A stretch of 64,000 nucleotides of DNA from Ylistrum balloti (GCF_031769215.1 NW_026781985.1:496001-560000), one strand, 5' to 3'; positions 1-13,900 are shown, counted from the first letter of the stretch. Numbers and translations are program-made. Notes: generated by a model from the letters alone, not told the origin.

Positions 1-1528
1 CTCTGTACACTGTAGTAAATTGATAATGATATCTCTACAAATCTCTGTACACTGTAGTAAATTGATAATGATATCTCTACAAATCTCTGTACACTGTAGT
101 AAATTGATAATGATATCTCTACAAATCTCTGTACACTGTAGTAAATTGATAATGATATCTCTACAAATCTCTGTATACTGTAGTAAATTGATAATGATAT
201 CTACAAATCTCTGTACACTGTAGTAAATTGATAATGATATCTACAAATCTCTGTATACTGTAGTAAATTGATAATGATATCTCTACAAATCTCTGTACAC
301 TGTAGTAAATTGATAATGATATCTCTACAAATCTCTGTACACTATAGTAAATTGATAATGATATCTCTACAAATCTCTGTACACTGTAGTAAATTGATAA
401 TGATATCTCTACAAATCTCTGTACACTGTAGTAAATTGATAATGATATCTCTACAAATCTCTGTACACTGTAGTAAATTGATAATGATATCTCTACAAAT
501 CTCTGTACACTGTAATAAATTGATAATGATATCTCTACAAATCTCTGTACACTGTAGTAAATTGATAATGATATCTACAAATCTCTGTATACTGTAGTAA
601 ATTGATAATGATATCTCTACAAATCTCTGTACACTGTAGTAAATTGATAATGATATCTACAAATCTCTGTACACTGTAGTAAATTGATAATGATATCTAC
701 AAATCTCTGTACACTGTAGTAAATTGATAATGATATCTCTACAAATCTCTGTACACTGTAGTAAATTGATAATGATATCTACAAATCTCTGTACACTGTA
801 GTAAATTGATAATGATATCTCTACAAATCTCTGTACACTGTAGTAAATTGATAATGATATCTCTACAAATCTCTGTACACTGTAGTAAATTGATAATGAT
901 ATCTCTACAAATCTCTGTACACTGTAGTAAATTGATAATGATATCTCTACAAATCTCTGTACACTGTAGTAAATTGATAATGATATCTACAAATCTCTGT
1001 ACACTGTAGTAAATTGATAATGATATCTCTACAAATCTCTGTACACTGTAGTAAATTGATAATGATATCTCTACAAATCTCTGTACACTGTAGTAAATTG
1101 ATAATGATATCTCTACAAATCTCTGTACACTGTAGTAAATTGATAATGATATCTCTACAAATCTCTGTACACTGTAGTAAATTGATAATGATATCTCTAC
1201 AAATCTCTGTACACTGTAGTAAATTGATAATGATATCTCTACAAATCTCTGTACACTGTAGTAAATTGATAATGATATCTCTACAAATCTCTGTACACTG
1301 TAGTAAATTGATAATGATATCTCTACAAATCACTGTACACTGTAGTAAATTGATAATGATATCTCTACAAATCTCTGTACACTGTAGTAAATTGATAATG
1401 ATATCTCTACAAATCTCTGTACACTGTAGTAAATTGATAATGATATCTCTACAAATCTCTGTACACTGTAGTAAATTGATAATGATATCTCTACAAATCT
1501 CTGTACACTGTAGTAAATTGATAATGAT
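1..1528. repeat. 42-bp minisatellite (CTCTGTACACTGTAGTAAATTGATAATGATATCTCTACAAAT) with 40-bp variants; runs off the window start
   Basis: Direct tandem units. Explains the MISLQISVHCSKLI pseudo-ORFs. Confidence 0.98.
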
Positions 1529-3092
1529 TTCTCTTCACTTGCTACATTTGGTTGTACCAACTCTCAGTCATAAAAAGTCAAAGTCAGATGCTAGTATATG
1601 TACTTACCACTAGTCATGTGGTCCTTCTGTCTGGTTAGTCTTCAAAGGTCATTGTCAGCTGTTTTTAATTTTGAAGCTTATCAATGAAATTTATCGTTTA
1701 CAATCAGGAAATTCTTTTAATGTCTTTCTTTAAGTACATAATACTCTAAAATGACAACAAAAATCCAATAATTATACTTCTAAACTTGACTGTTTGGACA
1801 AAGATATCTTTTGCTGTTTAAATAAGATGTCAAAATTCTGTGAATAGAAATTTCATATTTAAGGAAAAAAATCTGAGAAAATGTTACTTATAAGTCATTA
1901 TCATGATATTTTTATCTGTAATTCAGAACTAGTGGTCAGTTTGAGAGTGGACCACATGTTATATTAGGGATCTAGAGGTCATGAACTTTTATTGTAAGTG
2001 TCTCAAGGCACCAATCTTAACTGATATTTATAATTCACATTTCAAAATAATAATTTATGTAGTTTGTCTTGAAAGACATTAAAACATGTTCTTGGTTAAA
2101 TATCCAATACATTTAGTGAACAGACTTTATCAATTAACTAAAAAATAAAATCCAGAAGTATATTTTACATTCTGCACTAAACAATTCACAGCTAGAATCT
2201 CCAAACAGGATATTGTATATCGACAGAAACATCAAAAAAAAGTGCTACTGATATATTTTGGCGCCATTTGTAACTGATGGAAATATATTTGTAAGAATTT
2301 TAAAGGTGATTCCGATAGTCTTTATGTTTCCCCTCTAAAAACGGAAATGTCAGAGGAAGTTTGCGCTATACACATTGGATAAATTACCTTTAGTTGACCT
2401 TGGCACATATGTCACATGGTCATCTGCATGTACCTGTTTATCCTACCAGTACATCCTGTTGCCAGGGGCTACCAAGCTTGTATCCTAGCAACATTGTTTC
2501 TACAACAGAGAGAGCTCGCACTCTCATGTTGCATCGTAATTCATAACAATATATATAATCATAAATATCAACATCTTAAGCTTCGTTTCTACGTCAAGTA
2601 AATGTTTGTGAGATCCAGGGGATTATTGGACACCTGGAGCCACTTACAAACTGTCATCCGTTCACCTTTACAACAGTGAATCCTTTTGAGGTGAAAACAT
2701 GAGTTCTGTATAAAGCCAGTGTATGATATTTATGAAAAAGACAAAATTACTAAAAATTCTGACTCTGATACATGTAATTAAAACAAAAGTTATTCTAACT
2801 TGTAGTGGAAATTTTCTAGCCAAGTTTAGAAATCAATCAAATAATATTTTAATGAATAGAATCTTATAATAGGTTGGAACTTTGTCAGTGAAACTCTTTC
2901 TTTTTGCCTTTAATTAAGAGACATGCTACCAGAGCTTTCATGACACTGAGGTGGGGTGAAGATAATAGATATAATCAGATTACCTCTTCCTCCAAAAGTT
3001 GTAGATAAGGATTTTCTTAACACAAATAAAGTAAAAGCTTGTTCCAAGCAAATTTTTGTTTGGAATAATCAGGTTTCCTGATTTCAGATAGA

Positions 3093-3528
3093 ATTTTAGA
3101 TGACTAAATTAGAGGACTAAAATCAGAGGACGAAAATCAGAGGACTAAAATTAGAGGACTAAAATCAGAGGACTAATATCAGAGGACTAAAATCAGAGGA
3201 CTAAAATCAGAGGACTAAAATCAGAGGACGAAAATCAGAGGACTAAAATTAGAGGACTAAAATTAGAGGACTAAAATCAGAGGACTAATATCAGAGGACT
3301 AAAATCAGAGGACTAAAATCAGAGGACTAATATCAGAGGACTAATATCAGAGGACTAAAATCAGAGGACTAAAATCAGAGGACTAAAATTAGAGGACTAA
3401 AATCAGAGGACTAAAATTAGAGGACTAAAATCAGAGGACTAAAATTAGAGGACTAAAATTAGAGGACTAAAATCAGAGGACTAAAATTAGAGGACTAAAA
3501 TCAGAGGACTAAAATTAGAGGACTAAAA
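3093..3528. repeat. 14-bp minisatellite (AATCAGAGGACTAA), about 31 copies
   Basis: Direct tandem units with few variants. Confidence 0.96.
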
Positions 3529-3669
3529 GTCTCACCAAAACCAAGTGTCAGATTAAGCAGGTTTCTGATAAAAAATTCTAAGAAGATGTCCTATGTAATT
3601 AATTTCAAAGCCTTATCTTAACCTTTAAATGAATTAAACTCGGTTAGAAATCAGTTTGTGTTTTATCAA

Positions 3670-5300
3670 GGGGTCCTGTAATCATCCAGCACCCTTACTT
3701 TGGGTAAGGTGATAGCCCTCTGGGGTCTTATAATAATGCCCCTTACATTGGGTGAGGTGCTAGCCCTCTGGGGTCTTATAATAATGCCCCCTACTTTGGG
3801 TAAGGTGCTAGCCTCATCAGGTCCTGTAATATACCCCTTACATTGGGTGAGGTGCTAGCCCTCTGGGGTATAATAATAATGCCCCTTACATTGGGTAAGG
3901 TGATAGCCCTCTGGGGTCTTATAATAATGCCCCTTACATTGGGTGAGGTGCTAGCCCTCTGGGGTCTTATAATAATGCCCCCTACTTTGGGTAAGGTGCT
4001 AGCCTCATCGGGTCCTGTAATATACCCCCTTACTTTGGGTAAAGTACTGACCTCTAGTGTCCTGTAATAACCCCTCTTACTTTTGGGTAAGGTGTTGCTC
4101 CCTTGGGTCCTGTAATATACCCCCTTTACTTTGGGTAAGGTGGTGCCACTTTGGTTCCTGTAATATACCCCTTACTTTGGGTAAGGTGGTGCCCCCTTGG
4201 GTCCTGTAATATACCCCCTTTACTTTGGGTAAGGTGTTGCTCCCTTGGGTCCTGTAATATATCCCCTTTACTTTGGGTAAGGTGGTGCCCCCTTGGGTCC
4301 TGTAATATACCCCCTTTACTTTGGGTAAGGTGTTGCTCCCTTGTGTCCTGTAATATACCCCCTTTATGGAAACAGATTTATATAAGTTGTTATCAACTTG
4401 TTTCCAATTCCTGTTCCTTCGATGATATACTTGCTTTTATTGCATTTATATTTCTGTTTGGAATGAAATAAAGTTTACATTAATATGCCCCCTTTACTTT
4501 GGGTAAGGTGGTGCCCCCTTGGGTCCTGTAATATGCCCCGTTTACTTTGGGTAAGGTGGTGCCCCCTTGGGTCCTGTAATATACTCCCTTTTACTTTGGG
4601 TAAGGTGGTGCCCCCTTGGGTCTTGTAATATACTCCCTTTACTTTGGGTAAGGTGGTGCCCCCTTGGGTCCTGTAATATACCCCCTTTACTTTGGGTAAG
4701 GTGGTGCCCCCTTGGGTCCTGTAATATACCCCTTACTTTGGGTAATGTGCTGACCCTCTGGGGTCCTGAAATATACCCTCTTACTTTTCAGTAAGGTGCT
4801 AGCCCCCTTGGGTCTTGTAATATACCCCTTACTTTGGGTAATGTGCTAGCCCTCTGGGGTTCTAAAATAATGCCCCTTACTTTGGATAAGGAACGGATAC
4901 CCTAGGGTCCTGTGATATACCTCCATTAACTTTGGGTAAGGTGCTGGACCCCTGGAGTTCTGTAATATACCCCCCTTACTTTGGGTAAGGTACTGACCTC
5001 TAGTGTCCTGTAAAAAAAAACCTCTTACTTTTGGGTAAGGTGCTGGTCCCTTGCGTCCTATAATATACCTCCCTTACTTTGAGTAAGGTGCTGACCCCTA
5101 GGGTCCTTTAATATCTCCCCTTACTTTTGGGTAAGGTGCTGGCTCCCTGGAGTCCTGTAATATCCCCCTTTACTCTTTGGTAAGATGCCGGCCCCTAGGG
5201 TTCTTTAATATTCCTCTTTACTTTTGGGTAAGCTGCTGCCCCCCATGGGGTCCTGTAATATCCCCCCTTACTTTTGGGTAAGGTGGTGGCCCCCTTGGGG
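3670..5300. repeat. Divergent ~49-bp minisatellite (CCCTTACTTTGGGTAAGGTG...GGGTCCTGTAATATAC), interrupted at ~4367-4480
   Basis: Recurring CCTTAC-tttgg-GTAAGG hairpin core in each unit. Confidence 0.93.
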
Positions 5301-6395
5301 TTATCACAGCTAAGATTAAGATTTTGAGTGTCAATGTCTATATACATGTTATTTGATATTCCATAGGACATCAGTTAGTTTTACATCACTCCTCAGAATA
5401 ACTATCCATCATTAAACTACAGATAAAAAATATTCCTCTCTCAAATTTCGCAGTTGTGCTGGTATCTATTTTTTTTCCAAGTCACTGACATCTTTTGCAT
5501 TATCTAAGATTTGTTCCTATTAGTTACGTCTCTCCAGTGTCCTGTATCACACAGCTCAATTTTACCAGATTGTTGAATTTTCATTTTAATTATATTGACA
5601 ACCAATTTTCTCCTCTTTACTTTCATTTCAGGAATAAGATAAATTTACCTTGTAAGTGTTAAATTGCAATAGTTAAACATCCTTCCTATTAAGCTTTCAA
5701 TGTTGTTCAAAGGAACGGAAACGTATTACATTTTTTACACTGTTGTATGGGCATTTATCTTTTTGTCACGACCGTGAAGGACATCAAAAGATCATAATCA
5801 ACAATAACAGGGGATTGAATTAGGTGTTTGCTTTGGAAGAAATATGTGTCGATATGACACTGGGTTTTTCCCAAAAACGTTCTAGCAGCTTAAAAAATCA
5901 AAAATAAATCATCTTTTTTTCATTTTATGTTTTCACTTTATTCTTTAAATTCAGCTGAAAGATATGAAGAAATGTATTTAATCATACAATATTTACAATA
6001 AAGATTTCTCTTAATTAATAAAAAATTTGAAAAAGAATAAGACTTTTAAAGGTTATTTGTACAAGTTGATACCTATGAATCACTGTGTTGACTATAGCTG
6101 TAGAGAATATATTTCAGAAGCTTATGGAATGTTGTGGACTATTGTAAAGTCTCAGGTTTCACAAGAATTTTGTAGTACATCTTAAACGGGATGTGTGGTG
6201 TTAAAGTCTCTGTATGGATATGGTATTTGTATGTCAAAACCTGTCAAATGATGATGTCATACAAACGGGAGATGAGATAATGATAAAGGATGAGGTTCTG
6301 TAAAATTAAATAAAATGATAAACAAACTTGCATCTATCTGTAACAAATTAATCATTTTAATGAATTGTGTACGAAAATGAGTCATAAATCATCAC

Positions 6396-6542
6396 GATTG
6401 ATTGATTGATTGATCGATTGATTGATTGAGCGATTAATTGTTTGATCAACCATCCTTCCATCCTTCCATCCATTGATCCATCCATCCATCCATCCATCCA
6501 TCCATTCCTTCATTCATTGATTCGTTCATTCATTCATTCATT
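6396..6542. repeat. Compound tetranucleotide microsatellite (GATT)n/(CATC)n/(CATT)n
   Basis: Directly visible. Confidence 0.9.
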
Positions 6543-9500
6543 GTTTTACTTTTAAGTTCATCCATGCAATTATACATACTTAAATGACTTTGAGTGAATA
6601 TCAATACTATTGAATTCCGCCTACTTTAGAAGTCAACATGATACAAGACTCTCACTCTTTGAAATTCTGATACTAAATGACTAATATAAAAAATTCTGTA
6701 TCTTTTGTGACATTTTTTAATGAAGTAAGGAAACAATCACCAAAAGGTATTTCAAACCTAACTTCCTGTTTCCTCATTCCCGACTCTTAAGATAACTGAT
6801 ACAATGTAATCATTTGTTACAATGATCCTAAAGAAATCTTTTGAAATATCCAGTAAATAGTTTTTAATTTATGGACATCTCTTCACTGTTTAAGAAACTA
6901 TAAATTTTATTGAGGTTACACTCGTAAAGAATCTGACCCTACATTCCAATACCTATTTTTGTATTGAGATATTGACCAGATGTCATCTTAAGAAACATTT
7001 ACAGTTGTTTCTTAATGTCAAAACATTCCTTTCTGTCCACTACCTGGCATCAGACAGGGTTCCTTAATGGACCCTCATCTGTCCTTTATCTGTCATCAGT
7101 TTGCCCCCTTCTCTTGCTTTGTCTGTCCCCAGTGCCCGTGACCCTACTTTGTCCCTTAACAGATCTACCCAAAAGTAAGCACTCCCATCAAATATCACTC
7201 ATGTCAACTCTACAGTCCACAAAAATGTTGCTGGTTAGCTTTATTCAAGCATTAATGGTATTTGTTTACATGCTTTGAGCACAGTACATATACAAAATCT
7301 TGCAATACTATTTCATGTAAATATCCCCAAGAATATTTAATCTATTTGTTGTTATATTTAATTTCATTGATGATATGAGATACAGAATTATCTTTTTTTT
7401 ACATTTGAATTCGCTGTTTAAAAGATTTCATCAAAATATTAGATATGAAAAAGACTATAATAATCTGAAATACAACTACACCTGTATGTACTAATTTACC
7501 CCGAAAACTAAAGATGAAGTGAATAATTCTACAAATCATAATTATTATGAAAACAAAGTGACTGTCGAGTAATCTAACAATGCTTTGTATTAAGCATGTT
7601 CAGCCCTTATCAGGCTGGATGACTCTGGGTATACTTGTGTGTACCCTTGGTCTGGTAAACTAGAGGCCACGCCATAATAATCCACAATGCACCACAAGTG
7701 TCAGTGTCAACAGGATTTCCGTGACAACAGGGGAAGGCCACCCTTTTCCAAAACTTGTGGGCGACTGGAGAGCCCCGCTCAATCTGATTGGTTGATCAGT
7801 TATGCACAAAATAGGGTCAAATTTTGTTCAGATTTAAAATTCTGACATAGCAACAAGTGATTTCTATATACAGTACTCTAGACTTTTGATTAAGATCTTA
7901 GAGGGCCAGTCTGGGATATTTAAATTTCTGACGCTACACAGGTGGAACTAGTATAATTATCTGACATAAAAGTTGTCAAGGTAACTTTTACAAGCCAGGT
8001 GTCTTTATCTGTTTAAAGAGCTTTGCTAAAATTTTTGTGTAAGGTATCCACTTACATGATTTTTTTTTACAATATTCTCCTAAAATGCTCTTTTGTATAA
8101 CTGTATGCGATCATATTCAAAACTGAAACAACACTCGACTACTTTCATTTTGTATTTTCCACACAGATTAGACACATATCTTTCACAAAAAAGTGTGTTG
8201 TTCTGTGACTGGAATGTTCCTTAGGTACTGATCTTGTTTTGTCTGCAATGAGAGAAAATTGACAGTCACTTCAAAATCAGATAAAAAAAAATATGACAGA
8301 AATGCAACGAGATAACGGAGATTTTATTGTGTAATAAATTTACGTCTGTGATGATGCCATTCGTCAGTAGAAAACATTGTAGACTTAAAAAAGAAAGGCT
8401 TGTTGTTTGTCTTTGTAACGTATTTGGACATTTTTTATACACTTACATTTTTTTTCTACTGAAACACAATTTAGATATTTTATCATGTCTATATATGGTT
8501 GCTGCTACAGACAGAAACATGGATATTGTAAACAAGATATAAAAACAAGACTACAGAGACTTCACAAGAATGAGTTTTATTCTACAGCTTGGAAACTATA
8601 ACAATCGCTTTGTAAAATGGGATATTTTCATGTTTTCAAAGACAGACTTTCATTAAATTCAGTGAATAGCAGAACAGCGCTCCTACCACTGATTAAGGTG
8701 TGTCTACCTGTACCCAGGTAAATCCAGGTGTAAACTATACCGGTGACTTGGTAACATATCTAATACCACAAAGGTTTGTCATTCCCTGGGGAACCTTTCT
8801 CTCTTACCGATACAGCTCCTCAAGTACCTGGCCACATACTATTGAGATACCTGTGCAGTTACACCTGGGATAGTTGAGACAGGTAAAACAACCTGACCCA
8901 GCGTCAGTGTAGGAATTCTTGTTTACCCCTTTTGTAAAGTACTGTTATAATCCACCCTTTGTCCCCGTGGAAACCAGCTGATGAAGTATATGGAAAGGCC
9001 ATGAGGCCCTTAAAGGAAATTTTAAATTTAATTTAAAGACTTAAGATTTAAACATTTCAATTATCACTCAGACAAAGAAGTATTCAAGCCTCTGTGTTAA
9101 AAATGACATGATCGGTGATGCGGAGGAATTATTATTTTGAAATTTTATTTTAACAAAAAAAAGCTTGAATTCCATAATCTAAACCCATGGTATAGCCTCT
9201 TTTACAGGTAAAACTGTCTCACTCAAATAAATTCAAAATCCATCTGTGTTGATAAAGCGATGAATACATGCTAGTGAATGGGCCCAGTACCATATAAAAC
9301 ACAATCCACAATTTCCTGTCTGTTATCTTCATACTGTACATTCATAACTTATTCAAATTTTCTAATTTCATACATTACTGAAATTTGAAAATATATTTCC
9401 ATAACATTAAGTTTGACCTAATTTCATCCATATTCTCATTCTATCCTTATATTTTTCAGGGACATGTATAATTTTTAGAACAATGGTTAAAAGTTGACCA

Positions 9501-9845
9501 AACTTTGGATGTGTTTTTTGTCTAAAGCAAATCATTTGTTATATAGCACATAACCATCACAATGATTTCAGAGACATTTAAAACGGGACTTAAAAAGAAA
9601 ATAAACATTTTAACAAAAATCAGCTTTCCAGTACCAAAAATCACAATATTTGGGTTAGAGATATTTTTTACAAAGAGAGTTCAGGAACCTAACATTTAAC
9701 TCTTTGACCCCAGATTATTCATCTCATTTCAGATTTAAAACAGATGAAAAAAAGGGAACCATAGAAAATTTTGAATTGAGTGAAGTACCCTGTATAAAGA
9801 ATGGACACTTAAAGATTTCTCTTATTGACCATATCCTCTTATTGT

Positions 9846-10556
9846 AAATGACAGTCAATCAGGCCATGTCTATAATAAATGTTGTACAATAAGGCCATGT
9901 CTATAATAAATGACAGTCAATCAGGCCATGTCTATAATAAATGTTGTACAATAAGGCCATGTCTATAATAAATGTTGAACAATAAGGCCATGTCTATAAT
10001 AAATGTTGAACAATCAGGCCATGTCTATAATAAATGTTGTACAATAAGGCCATGTCTATAATAAATGTTGTACAATAAGGCCATGTCTATAATAAATGAC
10101 AGACAATAAGGCCATGTCTATAATAAATGGTGTACAATAAGGCCATGTCTATAATAAATGACAGACAATAAGGCCATGTCTATAATAAATGTTGTACAAT
10201 AAGGCCATGTCTATAATAAATGTTGTACAATAAGGCCATGCCTATAATAAATGTTGTACAATAAGGCCATGTCTATAATAAATGTTGTACAATAAGGCCA
10301 TGTCCATAATAAATGTTGTACAATAAGGCCATGTCTATAATAAATGTTGTACAATAAGGCCATGTCTATAATAAATGACAGACAATAAGGCCATGCCTAT
10401 AATAAATGACAGACAATAAGGCCATGTCTATAATAAATGTTGTACAATAAGGCCATGTCTATAATAAATGTTGTACAATAAGGCCATGTCTATAATAAAT
10501 GACAGACAATAAGGCCATGCCTATAATAAATGACAGACAATAAGGCATGCCTATAA
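9846..10556. repeat. 31-bp minisatellite (AATAAGGCCATGTCTATAATAAATG + TTGTAC or ACAGAC), about 23 copies
   Basis: Tandem units with two interspersed variants. Confidence 0.96.
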
Positions 10557-10869
10557 AAAAACTGCTTGGTATTTTGTATTTCATAATTGTTTTGAAAACA
10601 GAACATTTTATTTCAATACGTTATGATTTACTCAGATTAAAGAACTTGTTGGAAGCAGTTCGAGATCTTTGTTCAAATATCAAGGTGAAATAAGCTATAC
10701 TACCATTTTTATTGGTATTTTGACATGACTTTTTGGCTGAAGTTTCCAACTCCTACAGAGGTTATTTTTTGAGTATGTTTATTTTGTTGGCCAAGTTTGG
10801 GAAACATTGTCCCACAAAGTTTATTAAACAATAATTGTGCACTTTTCTGTAGAAATGGAAATAGAAATT

Positions 10870-11190
10870 CTTATAACACTTACAGATTATTCCACAGAGC
10901 AAAAACATATCATAGACTGGGAAATTCCAAAATAGTCGACAGGGGAAGCAACAGTTTGAGGCGGCTACTCCAGGAGGCCATCTGGATATATCAGATCAAG
11001 CCAGTACTAGACAGGGAAGAGGGCAAACACAGACTCTAGCACATCTATCACCAAGTAGTAAACAAAACATTCTGTGATCTTGCACACTGTATATGCCATT
11101 GCTAGTGCACTTTAACACCATTTGTCTGTTGAAAATGACAGTGTTGTCATTGAGGCATCACACATAAATCTTCCACTGGTTATGTTATAA
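10870..11190 (+). mobile_element. Decayed Penelope-like retroelement 3' end: GIY-YIG endonuclease C-terminus plus terminal repeat with hammerhead relic
   Basis: Conceptual translation TDYSTEQKHIIDWE/NSKIVDRGSNSLRRLLQEAIWIYQIKPVLDREEGKHRL*HIY resembles the PLE H.IDW...KI.DRE.....R..KEAIWI.......NRDEG.Y.L tail. One frameshift and one stop. Confidence 0.75.
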
Positions 11191-12270
11191 GAAATTCTTT
11201 TCAGTCGACATTGCTGACATGAAGAATATGCTCTCAATGTTCACTTTTCTGTTTGAACATTTCTAATTTTTTTAATTTAGGCTGTATCTTTATTAAGAAT
11301 GAATTTGCCTACTAACGATAATGTTGACATAAATAGGACATATCTGAGAGAGGATCAGATTGAAATCTACAACTATGTCCAATTCCACAGGGAAGCACAT
11401 GGTGAGGGTTTGGGGGGTTGGGCTTATTACCAGACATGGACTTATTACCAAGTCTTTTTTTCCTGATGAGAGTGGGGGGACACTTATTATCAGACATGGA
11501 CATATTACCAAATTAATACAGTATCTATCTAATAACTAGGTTAGTTATCATCTGTTCTGAGTTTGGAAATTTTGGGTTCTAAATTAGTTATCTGGAATAT
11601 TTTCCTATACATGTAACACAATTATTGTTTGTATAGTTCTAGACTACCTGTTCAGCAAGCCTTCATTAAAACCATTCTGTATAAATGAATAAACTGAGAC
11701 AACATGTCCACGCTGCCTCTGAAGATCACGACCAGACCAATTAGAGACAGCATGGACCTGGGAGTCACATGATAAATCAATATCAGTGATGGTAAGTCTA
11801 GAGGCCTCTGTTTACTAAAGTGAAATCCCAATGGTACATGTAATCATTTACACTTCCTAGTAATTAATCAAGAGGTATCAAGCACCCTGATGTCTCAAGC
11901 ATTGTCAGCTTAAAGGAAAACAATATCATATTTTTCAGAAGGATATTTCCCATTAAATTTCATGTTTAAAACAGGATAATTCATGAATTAGTTTCAAATT
12001 TAAAGCATTTTATGATTGACCCAGTTCATTTACTTACAAAAATTAAAAAAAAAAAGGAATTATGAATATTTATGCTTTATATTCATTAATGGTTAAAACA
12101 ACCAGACCTGGGATACCTGATTTCTGATCAATCAAGATTTAATCAAAGACCAGAATTAAAGAGAACTTGCACTTGATTGATGTTTTCATAATGGAGATTT
12201 AATAATTAGAGACAGAATTGTAGATGTTTAGGTACAGTAACGCAGAAAGACTTGGTATCAAGCAGAAATT

Positions 12271-13042
12271 AGGGATATTCATGTCTAGGTTTTACTGTAT
12301 ATAAAGTGAGGACATTGTATCTAGGTTTTACTGTATATAAAGTGAGGACATTGTATCTAGGTTTTACTGTATATAAAATAGGAACATTATATCTAGGTTT
12401 TACTGTATATAAACGAGGGACATTATATCTAGGTTTTACTGTATATAAACTAGGGACATTGTATCTAGGTTTCACTGTATATAAACTGGGGACATTATAT
12501 CTAGGTTTTACTGTATATAAAGTAGGGACATTACATCTAGGTTTTACTGTATATAAACTAGGGACATTGTATCTAGGTTTCACTGTATATAAACTGGGGA
12601 CATTATATCTAGGTTTTACTGTATATAAAGTAGGGACATTATATCTAGGTTTTACTGTATATAAAGTAGGGACATTATATCTAGGTTTTACTGTATATAA
12701 ACTAGGGACATTATATCTAGGTTTTACTGTATATAAACTAGGGACATTATATCTAGGTTTTACTGTATATAAACTAGGAACAATATATATAGGTTTTACT
12801 GTATATAAACTGGGGAAATTGTATCTAGGTTTTACTGTATATAAACTGGGGAAATTGTATCTAGGTTTTACTGTATATAAAGTAAGGACATTATATCTAG
12901 GTTTTACTATATATAAACTAGGAACATTATATCTAGGTTTTACTGTATATAAACTAGGGACATTATATCTAGATATATAAACTAGGGACATTATATCTAG
13001 GTTTTACTGTATATAAACTAAGGACATTATATCTAGGTTTTA
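12271..13042. repeat. 36-bp minisatellite (TATATCTAGGTTTTACTGTATATAAACTAGGGACAT), about 21 copies
   Basis: Tandem units. Source of the 240-aa and 224-aa pseudo-ORFs. Confidence 0.97.
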
Positions 13043-13803
13043 TCATAAATTACTTGGTTTTTTTAGTGTTAAAACAAGGCATGTGATGTTGGCAAAGATT
13101 AATAGGGAAATTATTATAAAGTGTTTTGTTGACAATCATAACAAACTTTTATGAATTTATTTGCATGCATTAACGACAATGGAAGAAAGATTTTAATACT
13201 ATAGATAAATTGTTTCTGCTGTTTAGTAATAACATCAAATTTATCAGTACATGTACTGGTATTCATGGCTAAACCTGATTTCATATGAAGCATGAAGCTA
13301 CCTCTTCCAATTCTAATTTCTCTAAATGTTTTTGTTTTTTTTTTTTTCAATTCTGTTAAATAGACACAAAAAATGGTATCACCATTGCTCCCTGTGTATG
13401 GATCATGTAATCTGTCGGCTTTCTATATATTTCTACTCACTTTAAGGGTTTTGGAGCCAGGAGCTATTGACACTATTTGAGGGGCCAGCTGGCTGCCATT
13501 TGTCTAGAGTGACAGTAGGAAATGGTACTGTCATTTAGGGGATAGGTAACAGCCATTTAAGTTGGATCATATCCTGTGCTGGATGACAGGAAACTGTTGA
13601 TAGGTATAGCTTTGTACAGTTGTTTTCCCTTTCTAATTCTTATTGAATATGCATTCCATCTCTTTCAGTAACAAGAATTATTTTGGCTGTTTGTTTGTTT
13701 GTTTTTGTAGTTCTGTGTGCTCTCTCTCTCTCTATCTATATATATATCTATATATTTCCATTGTTGTATGTTCCAGTATATTTGAGTTCCTTCTTAATTA
13801 AAT

Positions 13804-13900
13804 CCATCAGTGCTAGTACACTCCACACTGGTCATTTGTCTGATGAAGTTGACCATGTAGTCATCGAAACATCACACTCTAATCTTCTACTGGTTGTGTT
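13804..13900 (+). mobile_element. Solo terminal-repeat relic of the same Penelope-like family, with near-intact hammerhead core
   Basis: Aligns by eye with 11095-11190 (gctagt.cact, catttgtctg.tgaa, gtcat.ga..catcacac, aatcttc.actggtt.tgtt). Confidence 0.65.

Noticed and set aside
20-1613. ORFs up to 199 aa in the 42-bp array
   Set aside because: They are translations of a tandem repeat whose unit is a multiple of 3. Frames break at the 40-bp variants, and there are no splice or domain features.
12269-12991. 240-aa and 224-aa antiparallel ORFs
   Set aside because: Artefact of a stop-free 36-bp unit on both strands.
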